Source: Candidatus Binatia bacterium
GTDB taxonomy: Bacteria; Desulfobacterota; Binatia; UBA9968
NCBI GenBank assembly: GCA_036004365.1
Contig: DASYRN010000041.1
Span: 6,167-70,166, forward strand
Length of the DNA stretch: 64,000 bases
Reading direction: 5' to 3'
Positions 1 through 8,823 of this stretch are shown here, one piece after another; position 1 is the first letter of the stretch, and each line of letters begins with the position of its first letter. Position numbers and translations under genes: made by a program. The notes under the pieces are model-generated. The model did not search any database. It saw only the letters and a program-made list of their open reading frames with translations, and was not told the DNA's origin.

Positions 1-500
1 TGTCGATGGCCAAGGTTTACGACGAATGGATCAACAAAATCACCAAGCTCCGCGAGGAGATGGGGCAATATGATCGCGTGGCGGCGACTATGCGACGCGA
101 GGAAACTGTAGAGGAAGATAAGATCTTGGAAGAGCTTCTGTATATAAAAAAAAGAATCAATTCCTCGTCGCAGATCCTTACCGATAAAAGCCGGACGGCC
201 TTCTTCTTTGTCCTGGTTCCCGAGGAAATGATTATCTTGGACACGAGGAAGGCAGCGGATTTGTTCGCACGCTTTGACGTTCCGATCTCGGGATACGTAG
301 TGAACCGCGTGCTGCCGCCGGAACTCGATCGTGACAACCTTCCTCCGTATCTGAGGAACCGGATAAGCCTCCAGCGGAAATACCTTGAAGAGATCCGTAC
401 AAGTCTCGGAAAAAATGTCCTGGCGTATGTTCCGGAGATGGAGCGTGACGTCACCGGCTTGGCGATGATCGAGCGGCTTGCCGAAAGGCTGTTTACATAG
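1..500 (+). CDS. ArsA/GET3-family ATPase, C-terminal part; the 5' end lies outside the window
   Basis: The frame is open from the window edge to TAG at 498-500. The 164 aa align by eye with the C-terminal half of the next ORF (KTAFFFV..PE, G.VVN..LP). Confidence 0.7.
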   Translation, partial: SMAKVYDEWINKITKLREEMGQYDRVAATMRREETVEEDKILEELLYIKKRINSSSQILTDKSRTAFFFVLVPEEMIILDTRKAADLFARFDVPISGYVVNRVLPPELDRDNLPPYLRNRISLQRKYLEEIRTSLGKNVLAYVPEMERDVTGLAMIERLAERLFT

Positions 501-568
501 TTAAAGCGTACAAGCCGTTCAAATTGTTTAAACGGGTAACTTTTTGGACGATTTGAACGGGCAGCACA

Positions 569-1585
569 ATGAGTCGGATCACCACTACCTTGACGCAGTA
601 CTTTGAGAGCCACCCAAACTTGAAGTATGTCTTTTACGGCGGCAAGGGCGGCGTCGGGAAAACCGCAATGGCTGGAACGACAGCGGTCTGGCTGGCAGCG
701 CGGGGAAAAAGGACCCTGCTGGCCTCGACAAATCCGGTGCATAGCCTGTCGTCTCTCCTCGAACAATCGGTGTTCGGCTCCCCTACTCTGGTAGAAGGCG
801 CCGAAAATCTGTGGGCCTACGAGATTGACACGAAGGAGACGATCGAAAAGTCCAAGAAAGAGATCCGGGATAAGATTCAATGGTTTTTGAAATTTGCCGA
901 TATCAGTATTAAGGCGGACGATTTTGTAGACTCCGCTACGATGAACCCCGCCTTTGAGGAATCGGCTATGTTCGAAAACATGGTGGACTTGATGTTGAAG
1001 GATGAGTACGACGTCTATGTCTTTGACACTGCGCCGGCGGCGAATGCTCGGCGCCTTCTGGGCATGTCAAAAGTCTACTCTTTATGGGTCGATAAGATGC
1101 TCAGGTCGCGGGAAGAAGCCCGTTCTCTGCGCGAGATGCTCTCTTTCACCAAGAAAAAAGAGGAGGACCCGCTGCTGAATTATCTGCTGCAATTTCGCCA
1201 ACGGATGGCACAGGCCCGGCAACGTCTGACGGACTCGGAAAAAACGGCCTTCTTCTTTGTAACTCTTCCTGAGGCGCTTCCTATCGCAGTTGTCAGCCGG
1301 TTTATCGGTTGGTTTCATGAATTCGGGATCCCGGTAGGCGGAGTTGTCGTCAACATGCTTTTGGACCGGCAGGCCCTTGGAGATGGGATACCGGAATTTG
1401 TCTCAAATCGGATTCAGATGCAGGAAGAACATATGAAGAGCATTTGGGAAAAGTTCGATGGGTCGGTTCGTGCGGTGTTGCCGCTCCTTGACCAGGAAGT
1501 TAAAGGGATTTCAATGCTTCGGCAGGCAGGGTTAGCTCTATTCGAGGTGCCGCAGCATCTCCAATTTGGTTCTCGCCTGCGGTAG
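569..1585 (+). CDS. ArsA/GET3-family P-loop ATPase (half-size, single nucleotide-binding domain)
   Basis: 338-aa ORF with deviant Walker A GGKGGVGKT. Family-type STNPVHS and DTAPAANARRLL segments sit where this family has its switch I/II motifs. Confidence 0.85.
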   Translation: MSRITTTLTQYFESHPNLKYVFYGGKGGVGKTAMAGTTAVWLAARGKRTLLASTNPVHSLSSLLEQSVFGSPTLVEGAENLWAYEIDTKETIEKSKKEIRDKIQWFLKFADISIKADDFVDSATMNPAFEESAMFENMVDLMLKDEYDVYVFDTAPAANARRLLGMSKVYSLWVDKMLRSREEARSLREMLSFTKKKEEDPLLNYLLQFRQRMAQARQRLTDSEKTAFFFVTLPEALPIAVVSRFIGWFHEFGIPVGGVVVNMLLDRQALGDGIPEFVSNRIQMQEEHMKSIWEKFDGSVRAVLPLLDQEVKGISMLRQAGLALFEVPQHLQFGSRLR

Positions 1586-1757
1586 AATTTTTTCTCGATA
1601 TATCGAGTCCAATTGGCTTGAGCGTTTTGTTGACAAGATTGGTACTTTTTCACCGATCTTAGGACAATTTCGTCCGCTGAAAGTGCCTCATTTGATTCCT
1701 GTCAGTGGAGAGAAATTCTTCGTTAATCCAACAGGTTACGTGAATTTGTTGAAATAG

Positions 1758-1772
1758 TGGCACAATTCCTGC
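1758..1772 (+). promoter_or_regulatory. Candidate sigma-54 (-24/-12) promoter, TGGCACaattcCTGC
   Basis: Perfect TGGCAC and correct GG-N10-GC spacing, with one mismatch to TTGC. It lies about 48 nt upstream of the GTG start at 1820. No enhancer-binding protein gene is in the window. Confidence 0.35.
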
Positions 1773-1819
1773 GTGTTGGGTGCTTTTAGGTAAGATCGAG
1801 TAATTTGAGGAGAGATTTT

Positions 1820-2029
1820 GTGGAAGAAATCCTTACTGCCATACAGGCCGCTGAGCTACTGCAAATCCATCCTAGGACTCTATATAAGCTAGCCCGCAAA
1901 GGGTCGATCCCCGGCAGAAAGCTTGGGGGTGGCTGGCGCTTTAGCAAAAGCGAGATCCTAAGGATGATCGCCAGCAACACGGACGGAGACGGTAAGAATC
2001 GCAATTCGTCTGAGTCGGTCGGGGGTTAG
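1820..2029 (+). CDS. Small helix-turn-helix DNA-binding protein (excisionase/MerR-like HTH_17 type)
   Basis: LTAIQAAELLQIHPRTLYKLARKGSIPGRKLGGGWRFSKSEI matches the excisionase-family HTH pattern. GAGGAGAG sits 5 nt before GTG 1820 (the ORF track starts at TTG 1805). Confidence 0.7.
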   Translation: MEEILTAIQAAELLQIHPRTLYKLARKGSIPGRKLGGGWRFSKSEILRMIASNTDGDGKNRNSSESVGG

Positions 2030-2992
2030 ATGAAAGGAGGCACTCGCTTCATTCCGCTTGTGCTTCTCCTTATCTGGTCCAGCCCGGCAGGGGCCAATAA
2101 GGTCACCCGCATCGGTGCCCTTGTATCCGAGGATTTTTTTTTGCCAGCTTTCGAGGGGTTCAAGGAAAAGATGGCGGAGAAGGGCTACGTCGACGGAAAG
2201 ACTGTTCAATATGACGTGCGCAATGCCAAGGGAGATCAGAAAGCTCTCCAGAAGCTAGCTCTGGAGCTGGTGCAACAGAAACCGGACCTCATTGTGACTT
2301 CATCCGGCAGGGCCACTCTGCCTGTAGCCAAGGCCACTCAAGGAACTCCCATCCCGGTGGTCTTCCTCGGAGTCGGGAATCCCTTAGAGTTTGTTAAGGC
2401 CTACGCCAGTTCCGGAAATAATCTAACCGGGATCTCTACCTCGGTCATTGACCTGACAGAGAAGCGGTTGGAACTTCTCAAGCAGTTGGCTCCGAGAGTC
2501 AAGCGCGTGGCATCCTTGAATAATCCAAACGGTTTGACTTACAAAGACAATCTTTTTGCCGTCCGGGAAGCCGCCAAAAAACTCGGATTGGAACTTTGGG
2601 AGGTTAACGTTACCGATAGAAGGGAAATAGAGCAGTTGATCCCCACCGTTACCCAAAAGGTTGTGGACGCTATCTTTCTCCCGCCTGATCGTCTCATAAC
2701 GGGAAACGTCGAGGTCTTCGTTAGGCACTCTATTAAGGAGAAACTCCCCCTCATACCGCCATCCGCGGCGTACGGCTCGGGAGGTCTGGCCACCTACGGA
2801 CATGATTACGTCGCCCTGGGTCGCCAAGGGGCTAACCTGGCAGACAAGATTCTAAAAGGGGCAAAACCTTCAGATCTTCCGATCGAGCAGCCCGACAAAT
2901 TGAAATTAGTGATTAATCTCAATGCAGCCAAGGCTATCGGCCTCAAGATTCCCAAAGAGATCTTGCGCAGGGCGGACGAGGTCATTGAATAA
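2030..2992 (+). CDS. Periplasmic solute-binding protein, ABC_sub_bind (PF04392-like) family, copy 1
   Basis: 320 aa with an N-terminal signal peptide. Family-typical KVxRIGALV, PDLIVTSS, ASSGNNLTG and DLPIEQP segments. Confidence 0.85.
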   Translation: MKGGTRFIPLVLLLIWSSPAGANKVTRIGALVSEDFFLPAFEGFKEKMAEKGYVDGKTVQYDVRNAKGDQKALQKLALELVQQKPDLIVTSSGRATLPVAKATQGTPIPVVFLGVGNPLEFVKAYASSGNNLTGISTSVIDLTEKRLELLKQLAPRVKRVASLNNPNGLTYKDNLFAVREAAKKLGLELWEVNVTDRREIEQLIPTVTQKVVDAIFLPPDRLITGNVEVFVRHSIKEKLPLIPPSAAYGSGGLATYGHDYVALGRQGANLADKILKGAKPSDLPIEQPDKLKLVINLNAAKAIGLKIPKEILRRADEVIE

Positions 2993-3007
2993 AAGAGTCT
3001 TTGAGTA

Positions 3008-3958
3008 ATGAAAGAATCAATTCTTGCACTGATTGCTGTCGGGGTTCTCTGGTGTCCGCAGCCATCTGGGGCCCAGAAGGTCTATCGCATCGGAGGACTA
3101 GTTGCCAGTGATCAGTTCGTGGCTTCGATTGAGGGGTTCAAAAAGAGGATGGCGGAGATCGGGTACATAGAGGGGAAAAATGTCAAGTATGATTTTTATA
3201 ACGCCAAGGGAGATGAAAATACTCTTAAAAAGCTGGCGCAGCAGTTAGTCCAAGATAAGCCCGATTTGATCGTTACCTCCTCTACTACCGCGACAGCACC
3301 TGTGGCCAAAGCAAGTGCGGGGACGAACATACCAGTGTTTTTTCTTAGTGCGGGAAATCCGCTCAGGTTTGTCAAGAGCTATGCCAGCTCCGGCAACAAC
3401 CTGACAGGAATCAGCACATCGTCGATCGATCTAACCGAGAAGCGGCTGGAGCTTCTTAAGGAATTAGTCCCGGGGATTAAAAGGGTAATAGCCTTGCATA
3501 ACCCCGAGGGGGAAAATTATGAGGGTCACTTGCGCTCGACACGAGAGGGGGCAAAGAAATTTGGCCTTGAGCTGACGGAAGTTAACATGGCAAGCGAGAA
3601 GCTACCCCTGATTAACAAGAAGTTGGGAGATGCGCTCTTTGGAGCCCCTGATGCTAGAGTCCAAGCTACCATAAAGGAGATCGTCCAACAGGCTATTAGA
3701 GAGAGACTCCCTCATATTGCTGCCAGCGTAGGCGATGTCCAAGGGGGAGCACTAGCAACGTATGCAGCAGACTATTTTGCCCTAGGACAGCAGGGGGCGG
3801 TGCTAGTTGACAAGATTCTTAAGGGGGCTAGACCCACAGATCTGCCTATTGAGCAGCCTTCCAAGTTGAACTTAGTCATTAACCTCGCGACCGCTAAAGC
3901 CATTGGGCTCAAGATTCCCAAAGAGATCCTGCGCAGGGCGGACGAGGTCATTGAGTAG
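3008..3958 (+). CDS. Periplasmic solute-binding protein, ABC_sub_bind family, copy 2 (tandem paralogue)
   Basis: 316 aa, collinear with copy 1. The C-terminus IGLKIPKEILRRADEVIE is identical to copy 1. Confidence 0.85.
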   Translation: MKESILALIAVGVLWCPQPSGAQKVYRIGGLVASDQFVASIEGFKKRMAEIGYIEGKNVKYDFYNAKGDENTLKKLAQQLVQDKPDLIVTSSTTATAPVAKASAGTNIPVFFLSAGNPLRFVKSYASSGNNLTGISTSSIDLTEKRLELLKELVPGIKRVIALHNPEGENYEGHLRSTREGAKKFGLELTEVNMASEKLPLINKKLGDALFGAPDARVQATIKEIVQQAIRERLPHIAASVGDVQGGALATYAADYFALGQQGAVLVDKILKGARPTDLPIEQPSKLNLVINLATAKAIGLKIPKEILRRADEVIE

Positions 3959-3966
3959 GAGATAGG

Positions 3967-4742
3967 ATGAAGAAGACACGTTTGTTTGTAGCCCTTGGAT
4001 TTTTTTTTGTTTCGCGGATTCGGTGGAGGCGCAGAAAGTCCATCGTATCGGGGCATTGGTGGCCGCTGATCAGTTTGTGCCAGCCATCGAGGGTTTTAAA
4101 AAGGGAATGGCTGAGCTGGGCTACTCCGAAGGTAAAAATGTGCAATATGACTTTCACAATGCCAAGGGAGATCGGGAGACAACTAGCGCGACTCTCCCTG
4201 TAGCTAAAGCTACAGAAGGAACGCGTCCCCCCGTTGTCTTCTCAGCGCCGGCAATCCTCTGGAATTTGTTAAGAGCCATGCCAGCTCGGGAAATAATCTA
4301 ACGGGAACCTCTACCTCGGTTATTGAGTTGACAGAGAAGCGGATGGAACTGCTTTGTAACGAGCACCGACGAGCTGAAGCAGAAGATAAGCCGGATTAAC
4401 CGCAAGATGGGAGATGGGATTTTTATCCCCCCGGACCCTCTCGTTATCGCCGCGATAAGCGAAATTGCCCAGCATGCCATTAATCAAAGGATCCCCTCTA
4501 TTACTCCCAACGAGGGCGACGTGAAGAGGGGCGTGCTGGCAACTTATTCCGCTGACTTTTACGCGCTAGGCCAACAGGGTGCAGTGCTGGTAGACAAGAT
4601 TCTCAAGGGCGTGAGGCCTGCTGATATTCCCATTGAGGAGCCTTATAAGTTGAAGCTGGTGCTTAACCTCAAGACCGCCAAGGATATTGGTCTTAAGATT
4701 CCCAGGGAGATCTTGCTCCGGGCGGACGAGGTGATCGAATAG
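3967..4742 (+). pseudogene. Decayed third copy of the ABC_sub_bind binding-protein gene
   Basis: The signal-peptide ORF (ATG 3967) changes frame inside a T9 run (4000-4008). A second frameshift lies near 4240-4250. Two internal stretches present in copies 1 and 2 are missing (after NAKGD and after TEKRxELL). The C-terminal 111-aa piece (4407-4742) is still collinear. Confidence 0.8.
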
Positions 4743-4751
4743 GTCGGTGCA

Positions 4752-7700
4752 ATGATGGAATGGAAGAAAACCATGGAGGCGATCGTGTATAGAGGCGGAC
4801 TGCGCCGTCGCCTCCTTTTCCTGGGCCTTACTCTTTTAGGCACCGCGCTTGTCATTAATACCCTTGCAGGCTCCTATTACACTCGGAATCTGATTGTTAA
4901 AGAGACCGCCGAACTCCAGACAGAGATTGCCGCGAGGGTGGCCCACGAGATCGGAGAGTTCGTGGAGAGCAAGATAACGCGCCTAGTGGATTTCTCATCC
5001 TCTGCTAGCTTTCACGGGCTGGGAAGTGAACAACAGCGCGTTCTCTCTCTTCTACTCTTAAAAAACGATAAAGCCTTCACGGAACTTGCCGTTTTGGATG
5101 ATAAGGGACGGGAAGTCTTGAAGATTTCCGAGAGGAGAGTTTTTCTCCCCACCGAGTTCTCGGAGCAAAGTCAGTCGGAAAAATTTAAGAAAGCTATCTT
5201 GGGTGAGATCTACATCGGGTCGGTCTACACTTCAGATAAGGCGGAGCCTTATGTGACCTTAGCCGTGCCTATTAAGCTTACTCCTCAAGAGACTATCGGC
5301 GTCGCCTCTGCAGAGACGAATCTCAAGACCCTTTGGGATGTCGTTGGTAATATCCAGTTTGGTCAAGCCGGCTATGCGTATCTGGTGGATGGCAAGGGCA
5401 ATCTCATTGCGCATCGGGATTCATCGCTGGTCCTCAAACGGCTGAACCTCAGTTTTTTACCGGAAATCAAGCAGTTTTTGCAAAATCCGAGGGCAGCGGA
5501 CCCTAGTCCTGCCAGGCAGGGTCCAGGCATCACGGGAGTGCCCGTTATCAGCACTTACGCTCCTGTGGCGAAGCTGGGGTGGGCGGTTGTGATGGCGGAG
5601 CCTGTATCTTTGGCTTTGAGCGAGTTGAGAAAGGTGCAGAGCTACGCATTCTTGCTCTTGGCCGCAGGGTTATTGGCTGGAGCGTTCATCATTGTTTGGG
5701 TAAGTAACAGGATAACGAATCCAATTCGCACCTTGCATCGCGGCGCTCAGCTCATAGGTGCTGGGAACCTCGATTACCGAGTCCACATCAAGAGCGGGGA
5801 TGAAATTGAGGAGCTGGCTCAAGGTTTTAACAAGATGGCCTTGGAGCTGAAAAGTTCCTATTCGAATCTCGAGCAGAAGGTCGATCAACGGACCCAAGAG
5901 CTCAGTGCTCTTTATACGGTCACGAGCACGGTGAACCAATCTCTGGAAGTCGAACCGGTCCTGCAGGAAGTGATCAAAAAGATCACGGAAATCTTCCATT
6001 TTGATGCCACAAGGATTTTTCTTTTCAATAGCCAGAGAACGGAGTTGCATTTGCGCGCTTCTTTCGAAACTCAGCCGGAATTTGCACGTGGCGTCAGAGT
6101 CTTTCAGCGGCGCGAAGGAATCGTTGGGAGGACGGCGGAGACCGGAGAAGCCATGATCTTCGAAGACGTGCATAGCGATCCACGCTATCAAGAACTCAGT
6201 CAATCAAATGCAATGCAAAAGTCCAAACTCAGTTTCATGGCGGCGCTTCCGATCAAGGCGCGGGAAAAGTGTGTTGGATCTATTCTCTTCTTCGGCGAAT
6301 ATCCCCGCAAGCTGTCGGAGGATGAAATGAAGCTGCTCACCTCGATGGCGGATCAGATTGGAGTGGCTGTTGAAAATGCACGGCTCTATCGGGAGACAAC
6401 CGTAAGGGCCAAAGAGGTTTCAGCCCTTTACGACGTCGCAGCGACCGTGAACCAATCCATGGATCCTACGGTGGTCCTGCGAGAGGTGATCCGGAAGGTC
6501 CTGGATGCAACTCAGTTCGATGCAGCTCGGATCTATTTGATCGACTCGGAGAGAGGGGAATTAGTGCTGAGGGCTCACCACGGGCTTAGTCCAGAGCTTG
6601 TTGCGAAGGCAGCAGTCTATCAAGTAGGAAACGGTATCAACGGCCGAGTGGTTCAGACCGGAGAGCCATTGATCTTCAAAGATATCCAGATCGATCCCGA
6701 TTTCAAGAGGATGGCCAAGAATCGAATTATCAACGACGCCGGATTCCATAGCTATCTCAGCTTTCCCTTGAAGTCTAAGACGAAAACTCTTGGAACTATG
6801 AACTTTCTCAGTTATCAGATTCGCGAGATTTCATCCAACGATATCGCTTTGCTCAACTCGATGGCGAACCAGATTGGCATCGCCTTCGAAAACATCAGTC
6901 TGTTCGAGGAGACAGCCAAAACGGCGCAGCAGCTGTCCGCCCTTTTTACCGTCACCGCTGCTGTCAGCCAGTCTCTGGATCTCCATTCAGTCTTGCAAGA
7001 GGTGATCAAGAAGATCGCGGACATTTTCCAATTTGATACGATGAGAATCTATCTGTTAAACGAACGAAGGGATGAGCTTCATATGAGGGGATCCTTCCCG
7101 AGCGATCGGGATGACAGTTCCCGGGTAAGCGTGTTTCGTGCCGGCCAGGGCATTGTCGGAAAGGTTGTGGAGTCCGGCGAGCCCATCATGTTTGAGGACG
7201 TTCGTTGTGATCCCCGGTATCGTGAGTTGAGCAGCACCAAAAACAGTCAAAACACCGGGTTTAGCTTCTTTGGAGCTTTTCCAATAAAAGCGAAGCATAA
7301 AACCGTTGGGGCGCTGATCTGCAACAGTCAAATGCCCCGCCGGCTCGCAGGCGATGAAGTTCGCCTGCTGACCTCGATGACTGACCAGATCGGAGTCGCT
7401 GTAGAGAATACAGCTCTGTTTGAGCAGGCGAAGGCGAGGGCACAACAGATTGCAGCTCTCCATTCGGTGGCTGCCACCGTGAGCCAGTCGCTGGATCTCG
7501 AAGTCATTCTCAATGAGGCAATCGAGAAAGTCCTAGATGTTGTTGGGCTCGATGCGGCGTGGATTTATCTGATCGACCCAGACAAAGAGAGAATGGTGCT
7601 GCGAGCTTGGAAGGGTATCGACGATGAGGTTTCCCAATCCATGAAGATCCGCCGCGTGGGAGCAGGGATTCCAGGGAAGGTTGCAGAGACAGGTATGCCC

Positions 7701-8702
7701 GTCGTGTTTGAAAATGTTGACGGCAATCCCCATTACAGCCAATTGTCTTCAACTAAGAAGGTCTTGTCTCTGGGATTCCACTCCGGGGCCAGTTTTCCAA
7801 TTAGGACCAAGAAGGTTCTAGGTGTCTTGAGCATTCTCAGTCGCGAGCCCCATAGATTCTCTTCCGAGGAGCTCCAGCTGCTCGGCTCGATCGCGAGCGC
7901 AATCGGAGTAGCAGTGGAAAATGCCTACCTTTTTGAGGAGACAAAACTAAAGACGGTAGAGCTGGAGCAGCTCAACCGAGATCTACAAGAAGCCAACAAT
8001 GCAAAATCAGAGTTCATGGCGGCGATGTCCCATGAGCTCCGCACTCCTCTGAACGTCGTCATTGGCAACGCGGATCTAGCGTTGGACGGGTTCTTCGGTG
8101 AGATCAATGATCAGCAGAGAAAGGCTTTGCAGAAGGTGCTCTCTTACTCCAAGACGCTTCTCAAGCTCATCAACGACGTATTGACTTTTACAAAGATGGA
8201 GGCGGGCAAGGCCTCGCTCGACGTTTCTACTTTTTATGTCGATGAGATTGTCAGCCGCGCGCAGGACTACGTGGAGCAGCTCAATCGAAACGGACACGTC
8301 AAGATCTCGTGGAAAATCGAAGAGGGCTTAGCCCCTATGACCACGGATGCCTTAAAATTAGAGGAGATTCTGCAGAATCTTATTGGGAACGCTTTTAAGT
8401 TTACCCCTAAAGGTATCATTGAGATCCGAGTGAGGGACTTGAAGGGGCAAGATCGAATCGAGTTCGCTGTTGAGGATACCGGGATCGGCATCAAACCCGA
8501 GGATCTGCCCCGCATATTCGAGCAATTTCACCAACTCAAAGAGGCCCACACAGGAAGCTTCAGTGGGGTCGGCTTAGGTCTGAGTATCGTCAAGAGGTAC
8601 CTGGAGCTCATGAAAGGCGACATCCAGGTGCAGAGCGACCCAGGAAAAGGGTCGACTTTTATCTTTACCTTGCCATATTCGGAGCCTTCCGTTTCAAACT
8701 AG
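4752..8702 (+). CDS. Sensor histidine kinase: TM, periplasmic Cache-like domain, TM, HAMP, 4 x GAF, HisKA, HATPase_c
   Basis: 1316 aa with two hydrophobic segments flanking about 270 aa. HAMP-like segment PIRTLHRGAQLIGAGNLDYRV, four GAF-like repeats, H-box SHELRTPLN, and N/G boxes (NLIGNAFKFT, DTGIGI, GVGLGLSIV). Confidence 0.9.
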   Translation: MMEWKKTMEAIVYRGGLRRRLLFLGLTLLGTALVINTLAGSYYTRNLIVKETAELQTEIAARVAHEIGEFVESKITRLVDFSSSASFHGLGSEQQRVLSLLLLKNDKAFTELAVLDDKGREVLKISERRVFLPTEFSEQSQSEKFKKAILGEIYIGSVYTSDKAEPYVTLAVPIKLTPQETIGVASAETNLKTLWDVVGNIQFGQAGYAYLVDGKGNLIAHRDSSLVLKRLNLSFLPEIKQFLQNPRAADPSPARQGPGITGVPVISTYAPVAKLGWAVVMAEPVSLALSELRKVQSYAFLLLAAGLLAGAFIIVWVSNRITNPIRTLHRGAQLIGAGNLDYRVHIKSGDEIEELAQGFNKMALELKSSYSNLEQKVDQRTQELSALYTVTSTVNQSLEVEPVLQEVIKKITEIFHFDATRIFLFNSQRTELHLRASFETQPEFARGVRVFQRREGIVGRTAETGEAMIFEDVHSDPRYQELSQSNAMQKSKLSFMAALPIKAREKCVGSILFFGEYPRKLSEDEMKLLTSMADQIGVAVENARLYRETTVRAKEVSALYDVAATVNQSMDPTVVLREVIRKVLDATQFDAARIYLIDSERGELVLRAHHGLSPELVAKAAVYQVGNGINGRVVQTGEPLIFKDIQIDPDFKRMAKNRIINDAGFHSYLSFPLKSKTKTLGTMNFLSYQIREISSNDIALLNSMANQIGIAFENISLFEETAKTAQQLSALFTVTAAVSQSLDLHSVLQEVIKKIADIFQFDTMRIYLLNERRDELHMRGSFPSDRDDSSRVSVFRAGQGIVGKVVESGEPIMFEDVRCDPRYRELSSTKNSQNTGFSFFGAFPIKAKHKTVGALICNSQMPRRLAGDEVRLLTSMTDQIGVAVENTALFEQAKARAQQIAALHSVAATVSQSLDLEVILNEAIEKVLDVVGLDAAWIYLIDPDKERMVLRAWKGIDDEVSQSMKIRRVGAGIPGKVAETGMPVVFENVDGNPHYSQLSSTKKVLSLGFHSGASFPIRTKKVLGVLSILSREPHRFSSEELQLLGSIASAIGVAVENAYLFEETKLKTVELEQLNRDLQEANNAKSEFMAAMSHELRTPLNVVIGNADLALDGFFGEINDQQRKALQKVLSYSKTLLKLINDVLTFTKMEAGKASLDVSTFYVDEIVSRAQDYVEQLNRNGHVKISWKIEEGLAPMTTDALKLEEILQNLIGNAFKFTPKGIIEIRVRDLKGQDRIEFAVEDTGIGIKPEDLPRIFEQFHQLKEAHTGSFSGVGLGLSIVKRYLELMKGDIQVQSDPGKGSTFIFTLPYSEPSVSN
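5898..7961 (+). repeat. Four tandem GAF-domain coding modules, each exactly 516 nt (172 codons)
   Basis: The conserved linker motif (E/Q)(L/V/I)(S/A)AL(Y/F/H).V...V.QS(L/M)(E/D) recurs at codons starting 5898, 6414, 6930 and 7446. I counted 172 residues between the motifs in the translation. Confidence 0.8.
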
Positions 8703-8823
8703 TCCAACCGTCCCCGCCTGCAGGAAGTTCCCTACCAGTCATTTGCCTGGCAGCACGGGTTTTTCGGCTCTTGACTTAGCCGCTTTATAAAAGCTAGGTA
8801 GAGCACACGAACAGGGGAAAGGT

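Noticed and set aside
17-880. 287-aa minus-strand ORF
   Set aside because: It is entirely antisense to the two ArsA-like genes, with an Arg/Ser-rich low-complexity translation. This is a typical shadow ORF.
5670-7752. Several minus-strand ORFs (5670-6203, 7056-7463, 7510-7752 and others)
   Set aside because: They are antisense to the well-supported histidine kinase gene and have no motifs or RBS.
8703-8823. Possible promoter or terminator between the kinase and the CoA-transferase gene
   Set aside because: A TTGACT is present, but no acceptable -10 lies at 15-19 nt. The hairpins are at most 4 bp.
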